A stretch of 64,000 bases of DNA, from NCBI RefSeq assembly GCF_020745735.1, contig NC_083443.1, positions 33,612,937 to 33,676,936 on the forward strand, given 5' to 3'. Origin of the DNA: Hemiscyllium ocellatum. Its lineage: Eukaryota. The position numbers were made by a program, and so were the translations under genes. Shown in pieces: positions 37,611 to 50,927 of this stretch. The notes beneath the pieces are model-generated. The model searched no databases, was not told the DNA's origin, and worked only from the letters and a program-made list of their open reading frames with translations. The number at the start of each line of letters is the position of its first letter. The stretch's first letter is position 1.

Positions 37611-38321
37611 CTGAAATAAAAAGATTGTGTTATTTTTAAAGTTGAACAGTGGAAATAATTCAATACCAGTTCTAAACATATACTGTATGTTCCTATCAAT
37701 AGATGCAAGCTGTAATTAAACACTATATTTAAAACCTCACATTAGCATTTAGTTACTTACTTCAGTATAATTACACTATAATATACTTATAGTATAACTT
37801 GGAACTCTACTCACTATCCAACTTGAGGAATTATTGCTGAGCAAAGTTGAAATGTTAGAGATCAATCTTATGGTTAGACTTCATGAAAAATGTAACATCC
37901 TATACAACCCTTTCTGCAGCAAAATCATTGTACATCTTCTAAACATCCCCTACACAAGTTATTCTTATGAGACAAGAAATTAAGTGAATCTTTAAAGTAT
38001 TTACCAAAATCACACAATCCTTCCTTTAGAAGTCACCCAAATTTATTGAAGCACGAGTAATACCAATACTTACTCCATTGCAATTTTAAGATGTAAACTA
38101 ATCTTTTTTCTGTACAAGTGACAGTATTTCAAACAAATTTAGGTCAGTCCTTTCAAAAAAAAGGCAAAGTAAGTACATACTTTAGATAGTCACCGAATAC
38201 TTTGCACAACAGAACGTATTTTCTAAAAATCAATAAATCTTATTTTCGAGACAGTATTTGCAATATCAGTGCTTTAATGGTTTCTATCTGACATTTGTCC
38301 CTTGTGAACCCAAATTACTAC

Positions 38322-38487
38322 CTTTTGCATTCAGTGACGGGGATCCCCGGTGGAGGGGAGTGGATGGATTGTTGCATGCGCTCCTGCAGACTTCGAACCT
38401 TCTTCATGCAAACATGGAGCTTCTTATCAGCAAGGGCTTTGGTGTGTGTGATGGCACTGCCTTCATGCATAGCAACTCTTAGTTTAG
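38322..38487 (-). CDS. USP54: USP54 exon (MIT domain, second part)
   Basis: ttttag|CT...AG|gtagta; KLRVAMHEGSAITHTKALADKKLHVCMKKVRSLQERMQQ. Confidence 0.9.
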
Positions 38488-39248
38488 CTAAAATGCAAAA
38501 CAGCAGAAAAAAAAATGCACAGGCAGACCCAAACAACATGCAGTTGTAAAACAGAAGTATGAGAAACTCACAAAACGTTCTGATGAAATGTTAAGCAGTG
38601 ATTTGTAACAGCAATGAGATTCAGCTTTAATTACAAAAAGGGTGCTCTACACACAAAGGCTTATCAAATGTCACATCAAGTGCTTATTAAGTCACATATC
38701 TGGCACAGAATATGCATAGCCACATAGCTAAGCGAATGTCAAAGTAAAGCGAATGAGTGGTAGAAACACGACTCTGGCCCTCAAAAGCATAAAAGACAAA
38801 CTAAACGAGAAGCACATTTGCCCAGTTTATTGCACTGGGAATCTGTATTCTAAAGCAAAATGCAACAGAATCAGTACTAAATTGCCAGTTCGATTAATTA
38901 CTGTAAATAGCATTTAACAAAACTGTAGTTTTTGTACATATTTGGCTAAAACCAAATATGAAATTCCAACAAAGCACCATTTTGAAAAGGTGCCCAAGAA
39001 AGCCTCATTTAAAAATTGAATAATGACAACAAATCCTTTGTTTCAAAGAGTATTTAAAATTTAGAAATTGACATGCATTACATCACTATTTTACAAATAA
39101 ATTCTGTGATATAAGGTAGGAACAAGACATGCATTGAAAGAAGAAATGGCAGGTTTGTGCTAAATTATAAGATTTTAGTGGGTTAATATCATAACTGGTT
39201 AGCAGAGCATTCAGTCTGCAAGCAGCAAAGGCAGTTAGGCTTACTTAC

Positions 39249-39368
39249 ACATAGCTTCATTGCAGAGATTGAGCGCTGCAGCCAAGTCATCCTTTTGTTC
39301 AAGACGGAAAGACTGTTCTAATAGAGAGTCTACCTCCTGCAATGACCTCTCAAACTTGTCAGTCTTCC
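39249..39368 (-). CDS. USP54: USP54 exon (MIT domain, first part)
   Basis: ctgcag|GG...T|gtaagt; [39 protein letters not shown]; 120 bp. Confidence 0.9.
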
Positions 39369-41705
39369 CTGCAGAAGCAACACCAAGTTTTCTTTGAAAT
39401 GCACTTGTTTAAAGAACATTTAATAAGTATAATGAACCCTTTGCAGTGGCACAATTTATTACACAACTTCCCCTTTCAAATCGAATACTTCCTTTATATT
39501 TTACAATTGATATAGGAATGAAATCTTGGATTTGTTTCATAACAATCTTAAATTGTCAAGAATTTGGTTTGAAAGAGGCAGTATTTTCATAAGTTTTTAC
39601 TTGAAGGAGAAAGTTACAAATACCTGAACATGCCTCTCACACAAAAGCTACTGACCTCAATCTCAAACAACAACATAATTGTAAACGTAATTTGGCAAAC
39701 TCATGCCATTTCGACTTAAATGAATAGTCCTGTGTAGCTGTGAAGGCAAACTTCGAACAGCTGCAGATTAGCAGATCAACCATAAGGCAATTCAAACCTC
39801 CTTTCATTATAAAATACCTCCGAAAGGTATTGCTGCATGACCCGCTGGGTTCCCACTGTGATTGAGAAACAAGAATAGTTATAGGATGTAAACAAGGGAA
39901 TCCATTTTTAAAAAAACTCAACTGTGGAATGAGTATATTGTTGGCTAGCCCAGCATTTAGTGCCCAAATGGCATTAAGCGTCATCCACATTGTTACAGGT
40001 CTGCAGCTATGTTTTCTTGAATTTTGTTTTCTACTGCACAGACTTCCAAGGTCCACATACAAGAGAATTCCGAAACTGGAAGTCAATACTGGGAATGGCT
40101 TCAGCATGTACAGATCGTCGAAGTGGCTGTGTGGCCATGCAGCTGAGGAGAAACGTAGGTTTGGAGTCACATGTAGGCCAGACGAGATAAGGACAACAGA
40201 TTTCCTTCCAAATGAATGGGTTTTTAATGATCATGCCCCCAGAACATGAGACAGGGATTCTGGACTGTTAGTCAAATTACATTACCATCATGCCACTGCC
40301 TCCCCTACTTGCTGCATGAAAGGTAGGGCACTCAACCATCCAGCAGCTTCATTGGAACAATGATTTTGGCAGGTCTGCAAAATTATTTGTGCCGGCTTGA
40401 TCGGCAAAAGAATGCAGCAACTGCAGTCTTGTAGTGTAAACACATCTTTTGATGCTTTAATAGATAGGGACATTAAAACAGTATTACCACAAAATCATAT
40501 CAGCATCAACATCATTAAAAACATTCTCATGGCAGTGAGAAGGAAGGAGTATATATTGTAAGGAGTCAAGTTAAAAAAAAGGAAGGAAGGGTCTGGAAAT
40601 ATTGCAAAATGTGAGGCAGAAGGAAAATAGTGATTTTAAGTTTAAAGTTCAAGGTAATCTTGTACTTCTCCTGTAGCCATCTATTCATGAGACTCAAGTT
40701 GTGACAGTAAAATAGCAGACATACAATAAGGTTAGATAGGCCTGAACTCTAACTATAATGTAAAGCATTGCTCCTAATTTGTATCTTCATTTACATTATG
40801 TTTATTTAAATGTGAAAATTGAGGAAATTAAACAAATAAACGCACATTTCAAATGCTTGCCAATGTACCCCAAGGAAGTACCAAAACAACACTAGAGTGT
40901 AAAGTAATTCTTATTCTACTATGTTCTTTCATATAGATGGTTGTATTATTTTCCCAAAGAACCAATATTTAAGTTGTACATATTTTTGAAATCTATAAAT
41001 GCAAAATATATGATTGTTAGCAATGATGTTTGAGGTTTACATTTATCCAAATTAACACTGCTATTTTATAACACATTAGAAACTTAGGGTGTGCTTTTAA
41101 GAAAACATGCTGGCTTTTAAAATTGTTTTCAGACATACAGCTCTGCTCACTGATATCAGAAAACTCACTTCCCTTCAAGCTAAGTGAATAGAACCCAAGA
41201 AAAAGTCCTTTGCTATTTTGGAGATCCTTCAATATATGGGTGGAGGTACATAGACAGTACTGATTGATGCAATCATGTTGGTGATAATGGTTTAATAAAC
41301 AATCACGAAAGAGATTAATCAACTCCGTGGGTTAGTTTATTTAAAATAGTAAAATCCATTGGCTAGAATTATGGAGCTGCACAGACTTGAGTTGCGAGTC
41401 AGGACCATGCAGAATCTCCACAAGTTGACTTTGTATAAATTGCATCGGCAATTCAATTTTTGATGAGTAATTTCCATACACTTGGAACTCTCTTAAAGCA
41501 TTCAATAAAGTTAGATAATTTGCAGTGTTCCAACTCACTTATGTTTAGTAGCTGCCCATGAAAAGCTAGGAGGATTAAAAGGCTTCTCTAATTCCTGGGT
41601 AACTATGAACTTGACCTCCAAATCACTACTGATTGCCTCAACTATACCCTCAGTACCCTGCCAGATTAACTCTTTCTACCACATACCCTCACGCCAAACA
41701 CTCAC

Positions 41706-41879
41706 CTTGATTTTGCAGCTCATCCAAGTCCATGAATTTGCTTGGCCGGGGATTGAAGACCATAGTTGCTTCCTTTTCCTTCAGTTTCTTTCTTCTTAGT
41801 TCCTCCTCTTTAGTTTTCCTTTTAATCTCCTCTTCCAACTCATCCAACTCACTTCGCACAGGCTGACTATAGTTTTCAT
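41706..41879 (-). CDS. USP54: USP54 exon (coiled coil)
   Basis: aacag|AT...G|gtgagt; [24 protein letters not shown]...[17 protein letters not shown]; 174 bp. Confidence 0.92.
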
Positions 41880-44800
41880 CTGTTTGAAGCAGATGTTAAA
41901 ACTAATAAAAGTATACAGATCTGTTTTTGCATACAGTATTTTTCTCACTCAAAAGGATCAAGATGCACATGTAAGAAGATTTGCAAAAGCAGCAAATACA
42001 ATTTGAAAAATAATATTTCTCACACCGAATGGTTCAAATCACACAACCTGAAAGTGTGCTGGAGTCAGATTCAATTGAGGCATTCAAGGTTGTATTAGAT
42101 GTTAGTGAAATTGAAACAAAGTGCAATGGTATAGGGAAAAGGCACAAAGTCATAATGCTCATTGCAGAACCGGTGCAGACGCAATAGGCTAAACAGCCAC
42201 TGCACCAGAACACACCAGTAATTGTGACAGGTCAGTGGAGGAAAACATGAATTGAAAATATTTTAATTAAATGTTACAGCTCAACGGTTTCAAGTTAGTA
42301 AACACAAAATAAAATGAGAACTTTGAGTGGCCCAACCTGTTTGATTTACACTAATGTCATCACCCTAGCAAAAGTAATGATGATTTTAGTTGTTTAAATT
42401 AACAGTTAAAGAAGCTTAGCAAAGACTGCCATCATTGCAAAATACTCTGTCCAGTCTGAAAGCCACAACAGGTTACTGCTTTAAATGACCCATGTATAGA
42501 CATGGTGTTAGATTCTGGTACAGAACGTTTGTGGGAAGAATAGCCTTGTTTTCTCATCAGTTTCACAAATCATTCCCCAGAGGCAGACATTGCATTGCAC
42601 TAAGAAAATAATCAACCAACAGAGACATCTAACTAATATTCTAATATTCAGGAGCAGGGATAGCTCCCTAAGTATCCACACAGGATGAAACAGAACCTCC
42701 ACAAGCAGTAAACGCATCCCAACAAATTATCACCAGAATTTGCTCTTCTGTCTGAATACAGTGTAATCTTTTTTTCAAGCACAATTCAAGCCAGAAACTG
42801 GTCATCTACTGAAAAAGCAATTGTGTTGCTCATGTTTTGTGTAAATATCTACACAAAAAATGTAAATCATGGAGTTCTTTACCTCAGTGGGTCTTGCATG
42901 TCCCATCACTGAATATATTTAAGGCTGAGATAAGACTTTGAACTTGCCATAGTCATCTCCTTTGGTAGTCCCTCAGAATCGAGGTTAACTTGTTTCCACT
43001 ACAGGGTATTGAACTCTGTGGTGGCTGAATTGTCTAATAGTGGAGCCACAGACTCTGTCCCCACCTCTAGGTAAGGCAGGTGGTGTTTGAGGAGGTAGCT
43101 GGGACAGACTGTCTGGATTACGCACACTGTTGGCCCCCACCTGCCTCATTCAGTGATGCTCAAAGTGGTTGGCAGATACTTCTCAGTTTGTGTGTTTTCC
43201 CGTCTAGTTTTCTAGCTCTTTGTCAAGCTCCAACACCACCCAAATGGTTTTTCATTTAAGGAATGACGACAGTGTAAACAATCACTAGTAACCAGTAACT
43301 AGTAACTTTATTGATGGCAATAAAGCAGAGTGCTTTCAGCTTCTGAAAATATCTGTCAACAGTTTGTGTATCTGTTCCAAATAAAGGAAACTAAATTTTT
43401 CTTTGACTCCGTTCTAAATGATCATTCACTTATCCTGAGTCTCCACTCCTGTTTTTGTAATTTTTTAAAGCAGAACTGAAGAGTTGTAACAGCCGTTCAG
43501 ATTTACTTTATTGAAATAAAAGCACTGCAAACCTGGGAGAATGTTTTGGCAGTGGTGGGGGTGAGGAAGGGAGGAGAATTAATGATAGCAAGGAGGATTA
43601 ACAATTGAGAGGAAATTACAGATAAAAATTATACAGAGAGATTCCATTTAATTTTGAGGTATGATTTGTACGTCAATGTATAATTTTGGTTTCACTGAAA
43701 CAAGAAAATTGCTATAGATCACACCAGACTTTGGCTTGAATTTTCTACCTGTTGACAAGTTTGCAAAATCTGATCAACATGAAACCACTTCAAACCTGCT
43801 GCAATGTCCAACTGGCATTCTCATTAACCATGCAGGGCAGTGTGAAAGAAGATTGGAAGGAAATTAGATCACTGTATGGTAACACAAAGAATGACTTGTT
43901 GAAAAGTCCTGATGGAAGCATCAAAATGTTAATGAGATCTTCTGTGAAGGCCACTTTGAGAAGCATCCTAGATGTCTGATGTGCAGGAACCCAGCACCAT
44001 TCTCAAGCAACCCCAAACCCCCTCTTGAGCAACTGCACTTTTCTAAAACCCAAATCACCACATTCTCATATCCAACTCTGAGCTAATATTTTTGAGCAGA
44101 TACTGTGGTAAGTTGCAGAGTTTGTGCACTGGCTACATTTTAGCAATGCTCTTTTATTCTGGTGAAATGAACCACATGACAAGTTGCAACATGCTACCTA
44201 GTGATATTCCTAACATAAAGATTAAGTTCCAAGTTAATAAATCTTCAAACACTTAATCAACTTCCATGAGTGACTTCCACTTAGTTACAATTGCTGTTTT
44301 CTCCCTATAAGATGCTCAGTGCATAAAGTATGGCCAGAATGAGGAAGAGTTTATAGGATTTCACCACCACTAGATGGTGCATGTTTCTCCTGCAGTGAAA
44401 TATTCACTACTCCAGTTCTGTAGGAGGCTGTAGGACCCGGCTGGAAAAACAAGTGAAGTAAAAGACCAATAAAACATCAACTCGCACCATCCAGGAATCT
44501 GGGAAACATTGCTTAGTCACTCTCTGTGACCCAAAGTAGCCATGTCAGTGAATACTCACATTCTGGGGACAACTGTGTCATATCAGGAGGATTACCAGAA
44601 ACAGATGCAAGTATGGATTTGCATAGAAGCAGAGAATTCATAAAGTTTACGTTTATAAAATAAAACAAAATCAAATGAGAATTATTATAGTCAAGTCAAC
44701 ATTTCAGTGTCTGGGGGACAAGAATGATGACTTCAAGGTGAACTATTGGGGAGCTATAAGCCAGCTAACAGAGGAGACAAAGCAGAGGGTAAGATTACAT

Positions 44801-46033
44801 ACTTCCCAAAAAGTTGAAAAATATTTGACACAGCTGCTGCTCACTACAGTCAGATAAGTGGAGCCACTAGAACAGCACCACAGTGCAGCCCACACTACAA
44901 GTGAGTGTCTACTAATCCTAAACACAGTGTCTTTCCTGTTAGCCTGGCAATCAACTTAAAGTTAGAAACAGGAGCAAGGTCCAAACTAAGTTGTAAATAT
45001 CCTGACAGCAGGCTGGCTAAACCTGTGAACTTAAAAGCAGGTCCACAAAAAGCAGGTGATTGGGTAGGTGATTTAGCTCAATGGTTCTCTCTGTGCTGTT
45101 TCTGAAAGTGAAAATCATTTGTTTGTAGATTCTTGCAATCCCACTGTGAACTGTTTAACTAAAATATTTAGCTCTGGCAACATTCCATATTCACATCACT
45201 TGTGGGTGGTTTGTTGTGGTAGCACCAACAGCTGACCATGCGATTGTAAAAGCAATTTCCTGGCATTTGATGTATTGCAGTCAAAGCTGAGGTGGTTCCA
45301 TAAAATAATTGGTTTTAAAAAAAGCAGGAACACAATAGACTGTAAAACCAACAATGGAATTCTTGAAATATTTTGTTTGGGGAAGCACAGTAAAAACATA
45401 AAATTGCTGTGCCACATCAGTAATTTTAGCAGTTCAAAGTGCACAAACCTGAAAGATCCTATTACAGATGCTTTTATGAAAAATCAGAATAAACACATAA
45501 GGAAGGGGGATTCTGTTGTTAGGTGAACAAAGATAAGGGGGAGGCTTGAGTGGTACACAAATGGCAGCGTCATCTGGTTGCCAGGGTTAAATAATATGTG
45601 CTGGATGGTGAATGTTAAGCATGAGATGCATGCTGAACTCAATCCCAGGGGATGTCCTGGTAGCAGTCATGAGTATGTGCAACTTCAATATGTCTACTAT
45701 AAAAAATTGCTTCAAAATCACTAACTGTTGCAAATCTCAGAGAGTTAACCTAAAGAGTATTTGTTAAATGCAAAGATGGTGAGTGGTGACAGAGCATCAC
45801 CCCGTTGCTCTGGAATCAGAGTTGAAATCAAATATAATATCTCCTCATTCCTCTAAGTACAAAATAAAGTAAGCTTGAGTCAAGTCCTGATAAACCAAGG
45901 CATGCAAATGCTGGAAGGTCACATCAGGTTAGCTTCTGTGGGGTGACTAAGATATAATTCCCTCTGGCATTAACAAACCCGTTTAATTCAATTCCTTAAA
46001 AGTGTAGGCTTTCCATAATTCTTGGCTCTTGGT

Positions 46034-46340
46034 GGGCGGCACGGTGGCACAGTGGTTAGCACTGCTGCCTCACAGCGCCGGAGACCCGGGTTCAATTCCC
46101 GACTCAGGCGACTGACTGTGTGGAGTTTGCACGTTCTCCCCGTGTCTGCGTGGGTTTCCTCCGGGTGCTCCGGTTTCCTCCCACAGTCCAAAGATGTGCG
46201 GGTTAGGTGAATTGACCATGCTAAATTGCCCATAGTGTTAGGTAAGGGGTAAATGTAGGGGTATGGGTGGGTTTCGCTTCGGCGGGTCGGTGTGGACTTG
46301 TTGGGCCGAAGGGCCTGTTTCCACACTGTAAATCTAATCT
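46034..46340 (+). mobile_element. young, full-length HE1-type V-SINE
   Basis: A box TGGCACAGTGG (46045-46055), B box GGTTCAATTCC (46089-46099), CpG-rich, CR1-like tail and (AATCT)n end. Confidence 0.93.
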
Positions 46341-46802
46341 AAAAAAAATCTAATTCAGTTTGAAGTCCAGTAGAAAGGAACATTACATTATTCTTGTAAA
46401 GATATAATAATATCTAATACAAATTATTAATTGTTGGAAGAGGAGAAATGGAAGGATTTGCACAATATGCACATTACTGATCAGTGAGCTAAATCAATGG
46501 ATCCATATCAAAAGTCAGGGAACACACTGTTTCATTTTTAAACTTTTTAAATCAACAACCAAGCAAAAGTTCTTTCAGCAATAAATGATGGTCAAGCCCA
46601 TCAGGAAACGTTTCAACATCTTATTACAAACATGTTCAAATGGGTAAAACGCAGTTGATTTAAAAACCATTTCTTGAAAAAAATTCACATTTTTAAGTGG
46701 TGAAAGGGGAAAAAGTTGATGTCATTTTGTAAGTACACTTTCACTTTCAATCCATTGGGAAAAAAGATGCATACAGAATTAGGGTACAGAAGACTTTCTT
46801 AC

Positions 46803-46936
46803 TGAAACTTTGCTGCATGTTCACCCAGCTCTTTGAGGCTGCTGATGATTCCTGCTGTAAGGCATTGCTACTCTTTGACTTGGGAACAGTTTTCCATGAA
46901 GGACCAGAACTGATAGGCTTCTTGGCATTTGCTTCC
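46803..46936 (-). CDS. USP54: USP54 exon
   Basis: ttatag|G...A|gtaaga; EANAKKPISSGPSWKTVPKSKSSNALQQ; 134 bp. Confidence 0.85.
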
Positions 46937-47605
46937 CTATAAATAGAGCATAACACACAATGCTTCAAAGAAATTGACATTCACTGTATAGCACATAATT
47001 GGCCACTTAGACTGTCAGATAACAGCAATTATCACTGATATGTTGGATGCGAAAACAAATTGAGGCTACAGGCTAACAGAAGTGTAATATTCAAATAGAG
47101 GTCAAATTACAGGCATAAAAGCAAAGCAGTATTTTTATGATAATCATGATTGGACAGCTATAATTTATTTAGTCTGTACATGTAGAGTCATTGGGATATA
47201 GCAATGTTTCTAACTTGTGACATCAAATTAAATTGTTTGTATCATGTAAACTCAAATATGCAAGTCCTGTTTCCAAAATGAATAATTCATTTTGGTAATA
47301 TGTGTATTAACTATAGAAAGTGAGAAGTTAATTATTCTTCAATCTGATCTGCCAGTCAAAGAAACCTATGGTCTAATCCCATTTGGGTTTGAAGAAACGT
47401 GCAGCCCATATGAAAGGATGTGATGCTTGGCTGGGCACTTGGTACGATTGAAAATTTTAAAATAATGATAATGGAAAAAAGTATGTTAATAGAAGTGTCA
47501 GAGGCAATTTCTGAAAATATCTGTTTTAACATACACGGTAAAGCAAAATTAAATATGATCTTGAGCTCCAACAATCAAAAAGTACTAACCAGATGACTGA
47601 TTTAC

Positions 47606-48296
47606 CTGAAAGGATTGGCACTAGAGTTTTGTACTCCACCAGGAATCCCATCAGTAACTGAAGCATCCAAACTTATTGGACTGTTACTATTGCGCTCACT
47701 GCTCTCATAACCAGACTCCATTCTCTGAATAAAACATTCATTTTCTCCTGAACTATGGAGCCCTGCTTGTTGCACACTTTTACCAGGGCACCCAGCCTTT
47801 TCAGATCTGTCATTATTTAAGTTTACACCTTTGCCTCCATTCTGTGTGTTGTCCAGTGTCAAAGCAGCACTTCCAACCCCGACGGAACTTTCAGTCTTAT
47901 TGTGGTTACAATCTTTTATGTCATCCTCGGATGTTGTATGCAACTGCATATAACATGGACCCCTCCTTTTCTCTTTTGTAAAAATGCTATCAATATTGAG
48001 AACTTCTCGTTTGGGTTTCCACAAGTATGTTTTTGACCTGCTCGACGAGCTTGATTTGGATTCACTGCTGGTGCTTTCTGTTTCCCAGTCTCGTGACTGT
48101 CCACCTGACATTCGAAAACTGTCATTATCTACAGACTCTGTTGTTTTTGCTGGAAATGATTTGCTGTTACTTGGGTCTTGGTTATGAGAAGGTCGATTAT
48201 GAATTATATTGCTCATAGTTTCTCTGAAGTCCTTCAATCTACTAGTAGGTGGTTTTGGTCCAGTTCTTGGGGCTTGCTTCTCTTTCAGCGTTTCAC
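47606..48296 (-). CDS. USP54: USP54 exon (691 bp)
   Basis: cctatag|GT...AG|gtaaat; ETLKEKQAPR...RLKDFRETMSNIIHNRPS...DWETESTSSESKSSSS...WKPKREVLNIDSIF...MESGYESSERNS. Confidence 0.92.
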
Positions 48297-48429
48297 CTAT
48301 AGGGATGAAAGACAGAAAGGCTAAAACATGCATCGGAACAACACACTACTATTTACAAGCACCCACTACACTGCATTTGTAATTCATGGCACTTTTGCAA
48401 CAGGGCTCTAGACAGATTTCTTTCCTTAC

Positions 48430-48585
48430 CTTCACTATGATAACCACAGGATGGAACTTCATCTGATTTCTCGGTCTTCTCTCGATTATCAGGGTGCCTT
48501 GGTCGGCTGGAACTCCGTCTTCTATCCACAGAAATCCCTTTTTTGAAAGGAGATTGATGATTAGATTCACTGTCTATATGATGTC
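48430..48585 (-). CDS. USP54: USP54 exon
   Basis: tctcag|GA...G|gtaagg; HHIDSESNHQSPFKKG...CGYHSE; 156 bp. Confidence 0.88.
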
Positions 48586-49668
48586 CTGAGACAAAATATC
48601 AATTTCTCAGGACAAAAGCGTTAACTTTTAAAAAGAACTGAATATGGCAGGGGAAGCTCAATTGATTCTCTGTCTCCAACTCACTGACTAATATAATGTT
48701 CCTAATAATGACAATGACATGAACCATGTTGCATGATCATAACTCTCTTGCATTATCAAACAATAGTGTCAATCGCTGTAATTAAACTGTAGTTAGTGAC
48801 CTCATATCTGAAAGTAACAGAGCTCTCCTCACTAAATTTACTTGCTTGATTTGGAAAGCAAGTAAGCATACTCAAATATAATGTTTCAGTAGCTGTTTCA
48901 GATTTCTGTGAAAATTTTCCTAACTACACCTTCCTATCTATTCCAAGCTTCAAGTCAGGTTGCATTTGTGCACTAAATATTAAACATCCCTCAAACTAAA
49001 ATTGTATACATTAGCAGACTTTTATCTTTAAAAAGTTAGTCAGCCATTTGCTTAACATGCAAAGAAATCCCATCATCATGGCCAAAGGTGTTCAACCGAA
49101 CTGACTGAGAAATCCACACCATTTCTTCAATCAGGCTCCCATCCCTACCACAAAGAAATCCAAATCAATGTCACAAATGTCCATTACTCTGCCTTGTCCT
49201 ATCTGTGGTCCAAGTGAACCTTCTTTCTCTAATCTTATTCATTATTGACCGGTTCAAAGGAATCACCCATATTTGGCTCCACTATCCCAGAATGAAAGCA
49301 GTGGTACCTGCAGCAACAATTTCTCTTCCCCTGCAATGTGTAGGTCCCTCTCCTTGGCCCTTCATTTCCTAACCAACAGACTGATTGGTGGTGACATCAC
49401 CTACAGACATAATAGCGGCTTAGCGGCTCCTGGAAGTGTGCAGATTACTCCTTTATCGATGAGATTTTGTTTTAAGATGAAATGAAAGACAGAGTTTATG
49501 AACAAAACATTTAAAATGCAGGGGAACTGCTTTGCTACACAGTTATCTGAGCATTACTTTTGTGAACTTCTTCGGGACCTCTGTGCTTATCTGTTGTCTA
49601 GTTCTAGACTAGTCATAATTTACTTCAGTTGTAAGACTGGTGTTATAATAGCCTTTGACAAAGAATAG

Positions 49669-49886
49669 AAGGAGAAAGTGAGGACTGCAGATGCTGGAGA
49701 TCAGAGCTGAAAATGTGTTGCTGGAAAAGCGCAGCAGGTCAGGCAGCATCCAAGGAACAGGAGAATTGACATTTCGGGCATAAGCCCTTCTTCAGGAATG
49801 AAGAAGGGCTTATTCCCGAAACGTCGATTCTCCTGTTCCTTAGATGCTGCCTGACCTGCTGCGCTTTTCCAGCAACACATTTTCAG
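49669..49886. mobile_element. Penelope-like family A fold-back element (near-perfect ~90-bp arms)
   Basis: arms about 49706-49793 and 49800-49888; TSD CTTTG(A/T)CAAAGAATAG at 49653-49668 and 49887-49902. Confidence 0.85.
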
Positions 49887-50756
49887 CTTTGTCAAAGAAT
49901 AGTCTGGCTACAACATCTACGCATGCCATTATTTCCAGCTCCCTCCCCAAATAAGCAAAAATCATTCAATCTTGTCATCTCAATGCACCTTGAACTATGT
50001 GTTTGATTCCTCATCATTACAATGGTGAGCTGGTTCCAGAGCTATTCCGAGAACCCTTTACACAAGAACTACTTGTTGAACCTGTGCATCACCTATTTTG
50101 ATCAAATGCCAGAGAACATTCAACATTTGCTGAGTTACCAGCAGCCTCTTTAGAAAAATCTCACTTCCCAACAAAAAAGTTCCCCATTCCCTGTTCCCGT
50201 TATCTTCCAGGCTCACCATGGCATGGCAAGCAGTGACCCATTTAAGCATGATCAAAACTAACAAGTGAAATGTAACTGATCAAAGTGCAGCAAACAGACA
50301 TAGTAATCAAACTGTTATAGTGACCAGATCACTGACATCCAAACAGCTCTCCAAGCTTTGTGCAGAATATTTTGGCTGATTGACTATTTTAATTCTAGCT
50401 ACCAAATTAATTCCATACTGCAAAACATTAAAAGACAGCATTAGCTGATTTGATTAAAAAAGGGAAATTCAAGTTTCAAGTCTTTCAACAAGACATATAC
50501 TCATAAAAAATTACTTATATCTCTAAAATGTCTGAAAAATTCTAAAGGCTCATTCAGTGAGTTGTAAATTTAAGAGAATTGCATCAGTGTATTATCAGCT
50601 TTTACAACATTTCAATTTGTAGCATCCACAGTAAAATTTCCTTTGCTGAAATTACAATCCTTTATTATTTTAATTTAGTGCATTTTGCCAGGATCTGGAC
50701 TGCAAATATTGATTTTCTATTCTTTGGGCTACACTTCAATTATAAATTTATAGTAC

Positions 50757-50927
50757 CTGTGTCCCTGCTGCTTTGAGAGGCTGTATCAATCTCCATGTTA
50801 TAAATCACTGTACCCTGCGACTCAGAGGAGAAATGGCTGATCGCAGATTCATGATGACTGTGTTTGTAATGGTAGCTCTCATTAGAAGAATCTGTTCTGC
50901 TGTCACTCGATATAGATGGCTCTCTTC
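50757..50927 (-). CDS. USP54: USP54 exon
   Basis: ttgtag|GA...G|gtacta; [43 protein letters not shown]; 171 bp. Confidence 0.92.

Noticed and set aside
39637-40249. 177-aa and 106-aa overlapping ORFs
   Set aside because: No recognisable motifs, non-ATG starts, and they partly overlap a decayed Deu-SINE.
46040-46110. tRNA gene
   Set aside because: The A and B boxes belong to the tRNA-derived head of an HE1 SINE that continues into the V-domain and LINE tail.
49706-49888. pre-miRNA or classical MITE
   Set aside because: The hairpin is a multi-copy repeat with unequal arms, a long TSD and a hammerhead centre, which fits a Penelope-derived fold-back better. Small-RNA production is not excluded.
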